Shown here: positions 7,601-20,100 of the stretch, in pieces
How positions within the stretch are numbered: the first letter of the stretch is position 1
How the letters are laid out: each line of letters starts with the position of its first letter
From: a virus
Taxonomy: Duplodnaviria > Caudoviricetes
Length of the DNA: 24,612 nucleotides
Strand: one strand, 5' to 3'
IMG/VR virus record: IMGVR_UViG_3300005941_000043
Coordinates: 1-24,612 of that record
Made by a program: the position numbers and the translations under genes
The notes under the pieces: model-generated
What the model saw: only the letters and a program-made list of their open reading frames with translations
Database searches by the model: none
What the model was told of the DNA's origin: nothing

Positions 7601-8141
7601 ATATGGTACTGACTTAGATAAAATTAAATCTATTAGTGACGAAATAATTTATCATCCAGTTAGTTATAAACCATTATTTGGTACATCAGCAGAGACTAGT
7701 TTACAAGCAACATTTAAAGTAGTTACAAATAAAGATGAAGTTGTAAACAACAACGATATTAAGTCACGTGTAATTGAAGCAATTAATGTTTATTTTAATT
7801 TAGACAACTGGGAGTTCGGAGAGTCATTTTACTTCTCAGAACTATCAACCTATATTATGAATCAAATGACTCCAGATATAGTAAGTATAGTAATAGTTCC
7901 AAATGAACAAAGTCAGTCATTTGGTAGTTTATACGAAATTAAATCTGAGTCAAATGAGATTTTTATAAGTTCAGCAACAGTTGAAAATATAGAAATTATT
8001 GATGCTATTACAGCAAGCAGATTAAAAGCAACAGGAAATGTTATTACAACAAGTCAAGAAACAGTTAATACAGGAGTTACAAGTTCAACTCCATTGGCTG
8101 GATCTATTAGTAGTTCTAATAGCGGAGGATATAGTTACTAA
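4665..8141 (+). CDS. Baseplate wedge subunit, T4 gp6/Baseplate-J-like (enlarged, 1158 aa)
   Basis: N-terminal DFDNLRRTMISYLR..YPEDFNDYIESSEYLALIDLIAFLG...ENFLELAERRESVLRLARLLSYNPKR, internal FSDGVFGNLPQG, and ESDESIKANAPATYYTQNRMVTAEDY are gp6 hallmarks. Follows gp25. Confidence 0.92.
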   Translation: MSSTDRQNRLLVAEDWKRIYQSYRNADFQSYDFDNLRRTMISYLRTNYPEDFNDYIESSEYLALIDLIAFLGQNIAFRIDLNARENFLELAERRESVLRLARLLSYNPKRNQAAEGLLKISSVSTTEDVVDSNNFNLAGQQIQWNDPSNTQWYEQFVKVMNAALPQNGTFGKPAKTATINSIPHEQYRFNGINTDIPKYSFTKTIQGSSLPFEVVSSDIVNGALEEEIPLQANSFAMLYRNDGQGPASTNTGFFASFKQGSLDSGQFSINNPSSNQKVDIDATDINNKDVWLYKLDGQGRETEYWTKVDAVEGNNVIYNSLTKDVRNLYSVLTRVQDRISLVFSDGVFGNLPQGRFKVVYRTSANSRYTIKPSEMSNVQIQIPYLSAVGVPEQLTLTLQLKYTISNSTTSESDESIKANAPATYYTQNRMVTAEDYNVAPLAVSQEIVKVKTVNRNASGISRYFDLIDSTGKYSSTNLFGNDGVIYKETNNLKTTFNFVTTTDIEQAITNTIEPIIKDRKVYNYYLQNFTKILTGDLGVAWNSSTQDTNRSTGYFTDENDVTFKVGTFTANNLRFIESGTLLKFTAPTGMHFMTSNKNVLMSGPADHPGAVEYLWTKVISVSGNGTTVGSTGLGPVVLNDLIPGDAILQEVKPKLANIITDSVKTQIVDQAFATNTFGLRYDVETRQWRIITEQNIDSISAFSTGKAGDSSNQNLDASWILYFKTDGERYDITYRTLRYIFESDAEIKFYYDSSDKIYDNKTGKIIKDKIEVLNINNKPDVSTPFTSNYNWEIVKEYRDADGYVDSKRIEVSFFDADDDGVIDNPEGFIDIVDETTNVTTKYIFQKKYTTSDGIEDYRFVDNTVEGIQIKASASAIGAYSSYSVGQVFFTIDTQLFHKLDSTKKNLQIIKDYRGFLGRSNLKFRYLHSADYDQRIDPAVSNIMDCYMLTRTYDIAYRQFLNGDRIVAPLPPSSDEMYRTYGTDLDKIKSISDEIIYHPVSYKPLFGTSAETSLQATFKVVTNKDEVVNNNDIKSRVIEAINVYFNLDNWEFGESFYFSELSTYIMNQMTPDIVSIVIVPNEQSQSFGSLYEIKSESNEIFISSATVENIEIIDAITASRLKATGNVITTSQETVNTGVTSSTPLAGSISSSNSGGYSY

Positions 8142-11100
8142 TGTCATACGACGATAATCAAAACGAGAACCCACTACCAACAGGCGGTTCCAACGGCTAC
8201 TCATCAAACTCGCTATTACCTAAGTATTTTAGATCATCTAAGAATAAAAAGTTTTTAGATGCAACTCTTGATCAAATATTACAACCAGGTACAGCACAAA
8301 AGTTAAACGGCTTTTATGGCAGACGTACAGCAAAGTCTTATAGAGGTAGCGACAACTATATTGGCGATGTTTCAGTTAATAGAGAAGCATATCAATTAGA
8401 GCCAGTAGTACTTGCAAAAGATACATATGACAACGTAACATTTTATAAAGACTATAACGATTATATTAACCAAATTAAAGCGTTCGGCGGCAATGTTGAT
8501 AATCATGACTTACTAAATGGTGCAGAATATTCAGCATGGAACCCAAATATTGATTGGGATAAGTTAACAAACTTCCGAGAGTACTATTGGTTACCAAATG
8601 GACCAACAGCAATTAGTATTGCAGGCCAAAGTACAGAAGTAACAAGTGCATTTAACATCACTAGTATTGACAATGGTAATAATCTTTCTTATGTTGTTAA
8701 CGGAAACTTAACACAAAATCCTACGATTGAATTATTCAAAGGACAAACGTATACCTTTGTTGTATCAGCAACAGATATGCCATTTACAATACGTACAGAG
8801 CGTAGTTTAGATGCTGACACTGTTTATGAACTAGGTATTACTAATCAAAATATTGAAGAAGGTACTGTTACATTTACTGTTCCACTTAATGCACCAACTA
8901 GATTGTATTATCAAAATAGTAATAACATTAACTCCGGCGGAATTATTAGAATTGCTGAAGTTGACGAAGCAACAGCAATTGATGTAGAACAAGAAATACT
9001 TGGCAAAGCATCGTACACATCTTCTAAAGGTGTAGAGTTATTAAACGGAATGAAGTTAAACTTCATAGGTGATGTTACTCCAGCAAAGTATGCTGTAGGC
9101 AATTGGATAATTGAAGGCGTAGGAGATAGTATTTCGTTAGTTAATACTGACGATCTTGTTATACCGTTGTCGTATGCAGTTGATATTCCTGTGCAATATG
9201 ATCAAGAAGAATTTGATAGTTTACCTTTTGGTAATGCGGCATCATATAGTGCTACTAAAGACTACATTGTTATTAATAGAAATTCACCTGATAAAAATGC
9301 ATGGTCAAGAAACAATAACTGGTATCATAGAGCAGTTATTGAAAAAAGTGCAGAGATAAATGGACAAGTAGTTTCAATTGACCAAGCACAACGAGCAAAG
9401 CGTCCTATTATTGAATTCGACAGTGGTTTAAAATTATACAATTTTGGAACAGAAAAGAAAAACGATATTGACTTAGTTGATACAGTCACTAAAGATATCT
9501 TTTCGGTAATCGAAGGCTCAACTGGTTATAATATTGACAGCGTTGATGTTACAGATGGTATGCGTATTTTGTTTACTGCTGAAAAAGATATTAGAGCAAA
9601 CGGCAAGATTTATAAAGTTAAATTTCTTAAACATAACAGTACAACACCACAAATTAGTTTAATAGAAGATACTGATGCAACTCCGTTAGAAAATGAAGTT
9701 GTATTAATACGTAAAGGTACAGTAAACGCAGGCCAGCATTATTATTATAATGGCACAGCATGGCTTGCTGGACAAGTTAAATCTAAAGTTAATCAGTCAC
9801 CAATGTTTGATATGTTTGATAAAAATGGTGTTAGTTATTCAAACGCAACAACATATGAAACAAGTACATTTACTGGCAACAAAGTTTTTAGTTATAAAGA
9901 AGGTACTGGTACTGCTGATACAGAACTAGGATTTCCAATTACATATCGAGCGCTTACTAACGTAGGTGATATTACATTTAATTTTGATTTATTAACTGAA
10001 ACATTTACACACCAAAGAGTTCAAAACATTTTAACAGAAAAATGCGATCAAGGATTTGTAAAAAAATATACATCATTGAATGCTTTCAAATATAAAAATG
10101 GTTGGACTAAAGCCAAGTCATTAAGTACACAACGAGTAATACGTCAGTATGATGTTGATGGTGAAATTAGTCAATTAGAAATTGATGTTTATGACAAAGC
10201 AGGTGATTTAAATGATTTAGAAGTTAGCGTATTAGTAAACAATGCACACAACTTTGATTATACATTATCACGTCAAGACGGACTAGCATTTGTAGTATTT
10301 AATAACCCATTGGATGCAGGCGACTCTGTTATTTTAAGAACAAAGTCTGCAACTAAGAAAAATTCAAATGGTTATTATGACTTTCCAACTAACTTAGAAC
10401 ATAATCCAAACAATATTAATTTAACTACATTTACCTTAGGCGAAGTAAATGATCATGTGTTTAGTATGATTGAAGACTTACCAGGCTTTACAGGAATATT
10501 TCCAGGAAATACAAACTTAGGTAATTTAGGTGATATTAGCACAGTTGGTAAAAAGTTTGTCCAACACGCAGGACCAATTAATAATGCATTATACCACATT
10601 ACTACAAAAGAAGCAAACGTAGTAAAAGCACTTGATTTTGCAAAAAATGAATTTAGAACTTTCAAAAGATCATTTTTACAAGTTGCTGAGAACTTAGGGT
10701 TCGACGGACCTATTAAAACACATGTTGATAATGTTCTTGTTGAAGTATTAAAAAACAAAACTTCAAGCGATCCGTTTTATTTTAGTGACATGGTTCCGTA
10801 CTCAGGAAATAAGCGTTTAGAATTTACAGTTTATGATCCGGAAAATAATTTCTTTAGTTTAACAAAAGCATTTGATAAAACAACACTTAGTAATAAAGCA
10901 GTAACAATTTATCAAAATGGTGTACAGTTAGCACATGGTAGAGATTATACTTTTAATACTGATGGCTTTGCTGTAATTACAGCAACAAAAGCAGACAATG
11001 ATTTAATTGAAATTTTTGAATATGAAAGTACTGACGGTTGTTTTATTCCTAGTACACCAACAAAATTAGGTTTATATCCTGCATACGTTCCAGAAATAAT

Positions 11101-14100
11101 TCTTGATGATTCGTATAGAACTCCAACAAATGTTATTATCGGACATGACGGAAGTAAAACTGTTGCATATAATGATTATAGAGATGCATTACTACTTGAT
11201 TTAGAAAGAAGAATCTATAATAACATTAAATCTAAGTATGATATTACTAAACTTGATATACATGATTTTATTCCAAGTTCGTACAGAGATACAAAAATTA
11301 ATATCGACAATATCGATAATGTATTATTAAGTGATTTTATTAAATGGAGTGAAAGTTTAGGCGGTATTGATTATACAACTAATAGTTTCTACGAGTTAAC
11401 TGATGCTTTCACATATAATTATTCTTATATGTCTGGTCCACAGGGTCAACAGTTAAAAGGATTTTGGCGTGGCGTTTACAAAACGGCTTACGACACAGAT
11501 CGTCCACATACACATCCTTGGGAGATGCTAGGCTTTACAGTTAAACCAACTTGGTTTGATACTGTTTACGGTACAGCACCATATACAAGTAATAACTTAA
11601 TACTTTGGGAAGATCTTGAAGAAGGTAAAATTGCTGAGCCAGGCAAAACAGTACGTTATAATAAAAAATATAAAAGACCAGGGTTAACAAAACATATACC
11701 TGTTGACGAAAATGGTGACTTATTAAGTCCGTTACAAAGTAAGTATGCTAGAGAATATATTTCGGAATATACTAAATTAGGATTTAAATTTGGAGATCAT
11801 TCACCTGCAGAGACTGCGTGGCGATCAACTAGTGATTATGCATTTAGTTTAATTAAATCTTGGTTACTAAACCAACCAGCCAAGTTTATGTCACTAGCAT
11901 GGGATACTTCTCGTATTAGTAAAAACTTAGCAGAACAATTTGTATATACTGAAAGTAATCGTTCAATATCTTTAAAGGATTTAGTGTTTACTAATGTATT
12001 TGGAGATTCTAAAAGAGTGTATACATCAGGGTTAGTAGATTATATTGTTAACTATACTTTAACTAATACAGCAATAACTACTCCTGATTACAAAGAACAA
12101 TTAACAAGTCTAAAATATCAATTAGGTATGAAACTTGGTGCATTTACTGATAAAGATAAAATGAAATTCATCTTAGACAGTAGAACTCCGTATAACAAGG
12201 GTAATGTATTTTTACCTAAAGAAAATTATCAAATAACTTTAAACACAAGTTCACCTGTTGAAGTAGTTTCTTATAGTGGTGTAATTATAGAAAAACAAAG
12301 TTATGGATATGTTATAAGAGGCTATGACAGAGAAAATCCAGTCTTTAAAATAAACAAAGCATTAGATCGTGCAAACGACCCGGCAGTAAATGTTGGAGGT
12401 ATAAGTGAAGCATTTATTGAATGGGACGAAGATAAACAATATACTGTAGACAAGTATGTAAGATATAACTCAAGTTTTTATAGAGTAATAGAAGCACATA
12501 CTTCTACTACTGCATTTGACCCAGATAAGTTTACAAAAATACCTGAGTTACCAACTAGAGGCGGTAGCACAGCAGTATTCCGTAAAAACTTTGAAACATC
12601 AATCACTGAAGTTCCATACGGAACAGTATTTGTTACTATACAGGACACAGTTGATTTTATCTTAGGATATGCGGCTCAACTTGAACAAACAGGATTTAAC
12701 TTTGATTTTTATAATAGTGACACTCAAGTTGTTGAAGATTGGCGTTTCAGTACAAAAGAATTTTTATACTGGACTACACAAAACTGGTCCGCTGGTACAG
12801 TTATTGCACTAAGTCCAAGTGCTAACCAACTTAAATTTACTAGACCATATACTGTAGTAGATGACTTATATGATAATTTTTATGATTATTCTTTAATGGA
12901 AAGTACTGGTAAACCGCTACAAGGAGAATATACAAGATTAACTCGAGAGGGTAATACTTTTGCAATTAATTTATCAAACACAACAGACGGAATTTACTAT
13001 GTACAACTTCCGTTAGTACAAGTTGAACATGTTGCTATACTTGATAATACTTCGGATTTTAAAGATGTGATTTATTCACCTGCATCAGGTTATAGACAAG
13101 ATCGTATTAAGGTAGTAGGTTATAGAACTGCAAACTGGGATGGAACATTAAACATTCCAGGCTTTATATTTGACCAAGCAGAAGTTACAGAATGGAAACA
13201 ATATAACGATTACGCAATCGGCGACACAGTCCGTTATAAAGAATACTATTATGCCGCAAAGAATAAAATTGCTGGTACTGAAAAATTTGTTGCAAACGAA
13301 TGGAACAGAATAGATAAGCGTCCAGAAACTAAATTATACACAAACTTTGATTATAGAATTAATCAGTTTACAGATTTTTATGATCTTGATTCAGATAACT
13401 TTGATAATGAACAACAGCGTATGGCGCAACATTTAATTGGTTATCAGAAGCGACAGTATTTAGAAAATATTATTAACGATGATGTTAGTCAGTATAAATT
13501 CTATCAAGGGTTTATACAAGATAAAGGTACTAGAAATAGTATTGATAAATTGTTTGATGCGTTAGCAAGCGCCGATAAAGAGTCTGTAGACTTTTATGAA
13601 GAATGGGCTGTTAAAAATAGCCAGTATGGTGCAACGTCAAACTTTGACGAAATTGAATGGCAAATAGATGAATCAAAGTTTCAACTAAGTCCGCAACCAA
13701 TTTCTTTAGTTGAAACATTACCGCCAGCAACAACAGATTTAATTTATAGAATACCTAATTATGACGTATTTTTAAAACCAGATAATTACGATGTAAATAA
13801 AATTCCAACAAAATATACTAACGAAGAGTATGTTAAAACTGTAGGATATGTAACTGGTGAAGATGTTAGTCGCGCAGTGCTTACAAAAGATAGCATAGTT
13901 AACTTTGCAATTAGTGATATTAATAAAAATGATTATATTTGGGTTGCAACAAGTAATCAAACTTGGGACGTTATTCAGCATACTGAAACAGATTTGCGTC
14001 TTGAAAATGCAGAACCAACAGGCCAAGATGTTGAACTTACATTAAACTATACAGCACGTGAAATTCTTGTAGGCGATATATTTGGCATTACAAACGCAAA

Positions 14101-17100
14101 CACAGAAACATTGACTACGTTAGATGGATTCTACAAAGCAATTAAAGTACAAGGCAATAAAGTAACATTTACAACAACAAATTTTGATTGGACAGAAATT
14201 GACGACACTGTTGAACTTCCTAAAGCCACTATTACTATCTTTACAAGTCAACGTACAGCAACTATAAATGATGCTAATAAAAATGTAAGTGCAAATTTAA
14301 GTAAAGATGAATTAGTTTGGATTGATGACGATGATTATGGTAAATGGACTGTACTCAAAAATACTCCAACGTATAGTGAAAATCAGCAAATTTTAAGTTC
14401 ATTAGATTTAGATAGTACAATGCATGGCTTTGGACATTCGATTAGTGTTAATGAAAACAATACTAAAATGGCAGTTGGTATTCCCTACAAAGGAAACGGA
14501 GTTGTACATGTTTATGTGCGTCCAAGTGATAGTACAAACTATGTATTAGATCAAATTATTGATGCACCGACAGATGTTGCAGATGCATACGACGGTAGTA
14601 CTCCTACAACATCAATGAATTTTGGTGAAAGTGTTGCCCTTAGTCCAAATGGAAATTATCTTGTAATTGGATCGCCGCAAGCATCAAACATTTTTAGTTT
14701 TTACAGAGGCGACTTTAAACAAGGCGTTAAGTATACAAAATCACAAATTGTTAAGTATGGACCAAATCTATACAAAGCAATTCAAAACATTGATCCAGCA
14801 ACCGGAGCAATTCAATTTAGTAGTTTTGATTCGTATTTAGAGTTAGTACCTGATAGTGACAGTTCACTTGTTAATTTATTGCAAACAGGCAATTATAAAA
14901 TTAATGACACTTCAGTTAGTCACATGCTTATTAGAGCACCATTAAATGCATACGAAGGCAGTGCTAACAATGATGATATAGTATTAGAATGGAATAACTT
15001 TAGTAAACTTAACCTTCAAGGAAGTACAGTAGATGTACAACCATTTGATGGACAATTTGCAGGAATTACAGGAGCGTTTTTAACAGCAACGCATAATATT
15101 CGTTATAAAATTGATAATGTACTAGTAATTGAAAATTTTGTAAACTTACCACAAATTGGCAATACACTTTCAAGTAGCATTGCAAGTGGTGAAGTAATTT
15201 ATGTAGCAAATAGTTTAACAACTTGTACAGTATATTTGGCAAATGTAAACGGTACATTTGCAACTACAGATTCTGTATTTGTAGGAACAACACGTATTGG
15301 TGATTACGTCGAAGATTATCGTGCAGGTACAGGCAACTTAGGCGGCTACTGGTGGATTGATACACCTTCATATACAACAAGTGCAGATAGTTCAAATGTA
15401 TTTGTTGATCCAGGACATGGATTAGTATTCCGTGATTTACTTACAACTGCTAGTGGCAGAGTAACACCAAATATGTATCATAATATTACAACTGCTAGAC
15501 AGTTAGCAATACAAGATGCTACAAATTCAGGTTCAACATTAAGTTTAATGGATCAAGCAGAATTTATGCAAACACTTACTTATGAAGGTGATCCAGGTGA
15601 AGTATTTGCATTACAACTATCCGACTTATGGACAGTTAGAGCACCAACAGCATTATCATTATCGATTGGCGATAAGTTTAAAATGGTTGTTGATAGTGTT
15701 AGTGGAAATACAGATTTTACAGACTCGACATTTAGCACATCACTAATTAATAAAGAACATACAGTATATGAATTGTGGGATGGCTATCTTGACTTTACGT
15801 TTGATGAATTTAGCCAAGCAACACAGTTACCATTTGAACCAATTATAGGTGACACTGTTTCAGACGGTGCTACTGGTGCAACTGCAACTATTACATTCTA
15901 CAAACGCCAGTTTAACACAGTGCGAATTTATGTAACTAATGTATCGGGCACTTGGAGTAAAGGTGATGGCTATAATGAAACAGCAAAAATAAATCGAGTA
16001 AGAGGTGCATCAGTACGTCCTATAGGAACTCTTAATGGCGCATCATTATCAGGTACACGAGTAGGTAAAATTGTTGTATTACAGGAAACTACAAACTTCC
16101 CTGATGCAACAGTAACAGAATTAAACAATTTTGAATATTGGTTCTTTAATGAAACAACATTATCAGGTATACCTCGTGAAGCAAACATTCCGGCTTCAAA
16201 TAATAATGATTGGCAATTAGTAACTAATATTCCAGTGTCAAGTGACAATGGTACAATAGCAAGTGGATTAGAACTAGAAGGTATGTTTAGTGTTTATGAC
16301 CTAAACGAAAAGATACAATTTAAAGTTCAAAATCATTATACAGTACCAGAAAGAAAATCACATGCACGTTTAGGTGATGAAGTAGATTTTACACTAGAAG
16401 GAAATCTATATAGACTTAGTATTGCTTCAAAAGGTGATGGAAAATTAAATAATGCGGGTAGTATACATTTTGTTAAACACGGATCGGTTACTAAAGAACT
16501 AGTAACTACAACGTATGATTGGCAATTAGATATTGATCCAAACTTTAGAGGCGAGTTCCATACAACAGTATTCTATAAACAAGGAGAGATTGTAGAATAT
16601 GAAGATAGACTTTATAAAGCATTAAGAAATATTGCAAGTGGTAGTGCGTTTGTTACACCTGATTGGGAATTAGTAACCGACGGTACAGCACATGTTGGAT
16701 TTATACCAACAGCAGGCACAAACAGAATTATTGGTGAAGAAGTGTTTGATCCAGAATTTGGTGTGAGAGACTTTGCAAGACAGTTTGATCAAAATAAAGA
16801 TGGTGATGTATTAATAGTAAGTTCACGAATTCAAGGTAACGATAGTTCCGGCGAACGTATTATAGTAGTTTACAGGCGTTTACCAGAAGGTCAAATGACA
16901 GTATCACAAACTATTAAACCTCCATACGAAGATTTATCAACAGGGTCATTTACGGGCTTTGGTGATAGCATTAGTATTAGTAATGACGGCGAGTTAATTG
17001 CTATTGGCGAACCTTACAACGATGACTACAAACGAGATCAAGGTAAAGTATACATTTACAAATTAGTGAATGGACAGTTTGTACTATCTCAAGAAATACA

Positions 17101-20100
17101 AAGTCCAAATAATGAACAAGCAGAACATTTTGGTGCTTACTTAAATTTTGATGGAAATCAGTTAGCAGTAACTTCATTGAACGGCGATATTGAAAAACCA
17201 ACTACGTTTGACCTTAACACAACAGTATTTGATGACGAATTTACAAACTTTAAATCAGTTGAAATGGACAGCGGCATTATTTTCATGTATGAAAGAATTA
17301 ATAATTCGATGCTATTTGCACAAGAATTTATTATAGACGAACCGTTAGCAATGAACTTTGGTAAAAACTTGTTAGTAAATAATAATCACGTTTACACAGC
17401 AATACCTGAAGTAACAGACTTGTTAACATATCAAGGTATGATTGTTGACTTTAGAAAAACAATCGGCGCCAAGTCTTGGAACGTACATAGATCACCAATT
17501 GATCAAGTAGATATTAATAAAATTAAAAGTGCTTTCTTATATAATGTAAAAACAAACACACTTGTTGAAGATCTAGATTATATTGATCCAGTACAAGGTA
17601 AAGTAGCAGGCATAGCAGAACAAGAACTATCATATAAAACATATTATGACCCAGCAGTATTCAGTATTGGCGACGACACAGTTGTAATTGATGAAAATAA
17701 TTCTTGGGGTAGAGATTATGTAGGCCAATTATGGTGGGATATTAGTGCAGTTAAATTTTATAACTATCAACAAAATAATATTACATACCAAACAAACTAT
17801 TGGGGAGAAGTATTCCCAGGTACTAGTGTAGAAGTTTATGAATGGGTAGAAAGTGATTTACTACCAAGTGAATGGGATGCTTTATCAGATAGTGAAGAAG
17901 GTGTTGCACAAGGAATTAGTGGAACAACTAGATACGGAGATTTTGTATATTCACAAAAACTAACATGGGATCCTATTTCAAAAACTAGTAAACCTAAGTA
18001 TTTTTACTGGGTAGCAAATAAGCGTGTTACACCACGTGTTGAAGGCAGACGTATTACAGCATACGATGTTAAAAGATTAATTGAAGATCCAGTTGGACAA
18101 GGATATAAGTTTGTTGGCTTAATGGCTAAAGACAGATTTGTATTGTTTAATTGTGAATCACTATTAAGTGGCGACGATGTTGCATTTAATTTGCGTTATC
18201 ATACACTTGATAATGTTGATCAAAATATCCATAATGAATATCAAATGCTCACACAAGGAGTTGGATCAAGTAAACCAAACCGTGACATTGAGCAAAAATG
18301 GATTGATAGTTTAGTTGGTTATGACAAACAGTTTAGATTAGTACCAGATCCAAAACTTAGTGCAAAAATAAAATATGGAATTAATAATAATCCAAGACAA
18401 TCGATGTTTATTAACAAAGCAGAAGCACTTAAAGAAGTAGTTGACCGTGTTAATTCTATATTAATAAACAATATTATTGTTGATGAGTTTGATATTAGTG
18501 ATTTAACTAAAAGCGATCCGTTACCATTATCGACATCAAGACGGTATGATCTAAAAATTGACACTTTTGAAGATTTACAATATGTTGGTGTAGCAAAACG
18601 CATCACTGCTTCTTTAACACCAACAATAGTTGATGGTAAAATTACAGGAGTTACTATTACAAACTCAGGTAGAGGATATATTGACCCAACATATACATCA
18701 ACTGTTGGCGGTATAAGACTTGGACCGCAAGTAACTGTTACTGGTATTGGTAAAGACGCTGTTCTTGAAACAGAAATTAATGAACTAGGACAAATTACTA
18801 CAGTTAATATTATTGACCCAGGTACAGGATACGATGAAAATACAGTAATTACTGCAAGAAACTTTACAGTTATTGTTACAACAGATTCAACAGTATTAAA
18901 TAAGTGGGCGTTATATAATTATAATGGTACAAAGTGGAATAGAACTATAAGTCAGCGTTTTGATACTAATTTATATTGGGATTACCAAGACTGGTATGAT
19001 ATAGGTTATAATGAGTTCACAGAAATTAATTCATTAATAGACTTTAGTTACCAATTAACGTCGATTGAGAATGACATTGGCGATACTGTTAAGATATCAA
19101 GTGTTGGCTCTGGTGGCTGGTTGCTATTAGAAAAGATTGCAAACTTACAAACAGAAGATTACACACAAAATTATAAAGTTGTTGGTAAAGAAAATGCAAC
19201 TATACAGTTTAGTCAAAACTTATATAACACAGTTATTAACAAAACTGGGTACGATACTGATACTTTTGACATAGCATTTTATGATAGCCAACCAGTTAAA
19301 GAAACTAGAATTATACTTGAAACAATTAGAGATAAAATATTTGTAGATAACTTAGATGTACATTATAATGAATTGTTTATTGCTAGTATACGTTATGCAT
19401 TTAGTGAACAGCCTAATATTGACTGGGCATTTAAAACATCTTTCATAAAAGCACAACATAACGTAGGTGATTTAACACAAAAAGTTACATTTAAGAACGA
19501 CAACATTGAAAACTTCCAAGATTATATTAACGAAGTTAAACCATTCAAAACAAAAATTAGAGAATATGTCTCTAGTTATGAAAAAACAGATCCAACTAAT
19601 AGTGTAGTAACAGATTTTGACTTACCGCCAAAGTATGATTTTGCTAAAAAGAAAATTAGTAGTTCTACTGCTAAACTTAAAGATAATACAATTACAAGTA
19701 TGCCAAATAGTACTAGCACTTACCCAGATAAGCACTGGTTAGAAAATAGCGGATATGAAATATCAAGTATTAACGTTGGTAATGCAGGTACTGGATACAT
19801 TCTACCTCCGACAGTTAGTATAGAAGGCGGCGGAGGTTCGGGTGCAAAAGCAAAAGCGTTCCTTAATGCTGGCAAGGTTTCAAAAATTGAAGTTACAGCG
19901 CCAGGCACTGGATATTTAACAGCACCGGCAATAATACTAAATGGTACTACATCCGACGGCGGCACACTAGCAGATGCTAAAGCAGTATTAGGAAATGGTA
20001 AAGTTCGTGGAACTCATGTTATATCACGTTTTGATAGAATTAGCGGACAACCTTACTATTTAGAAGTTGCTAGAACACAAACATTTACAGGTGATTCAAA

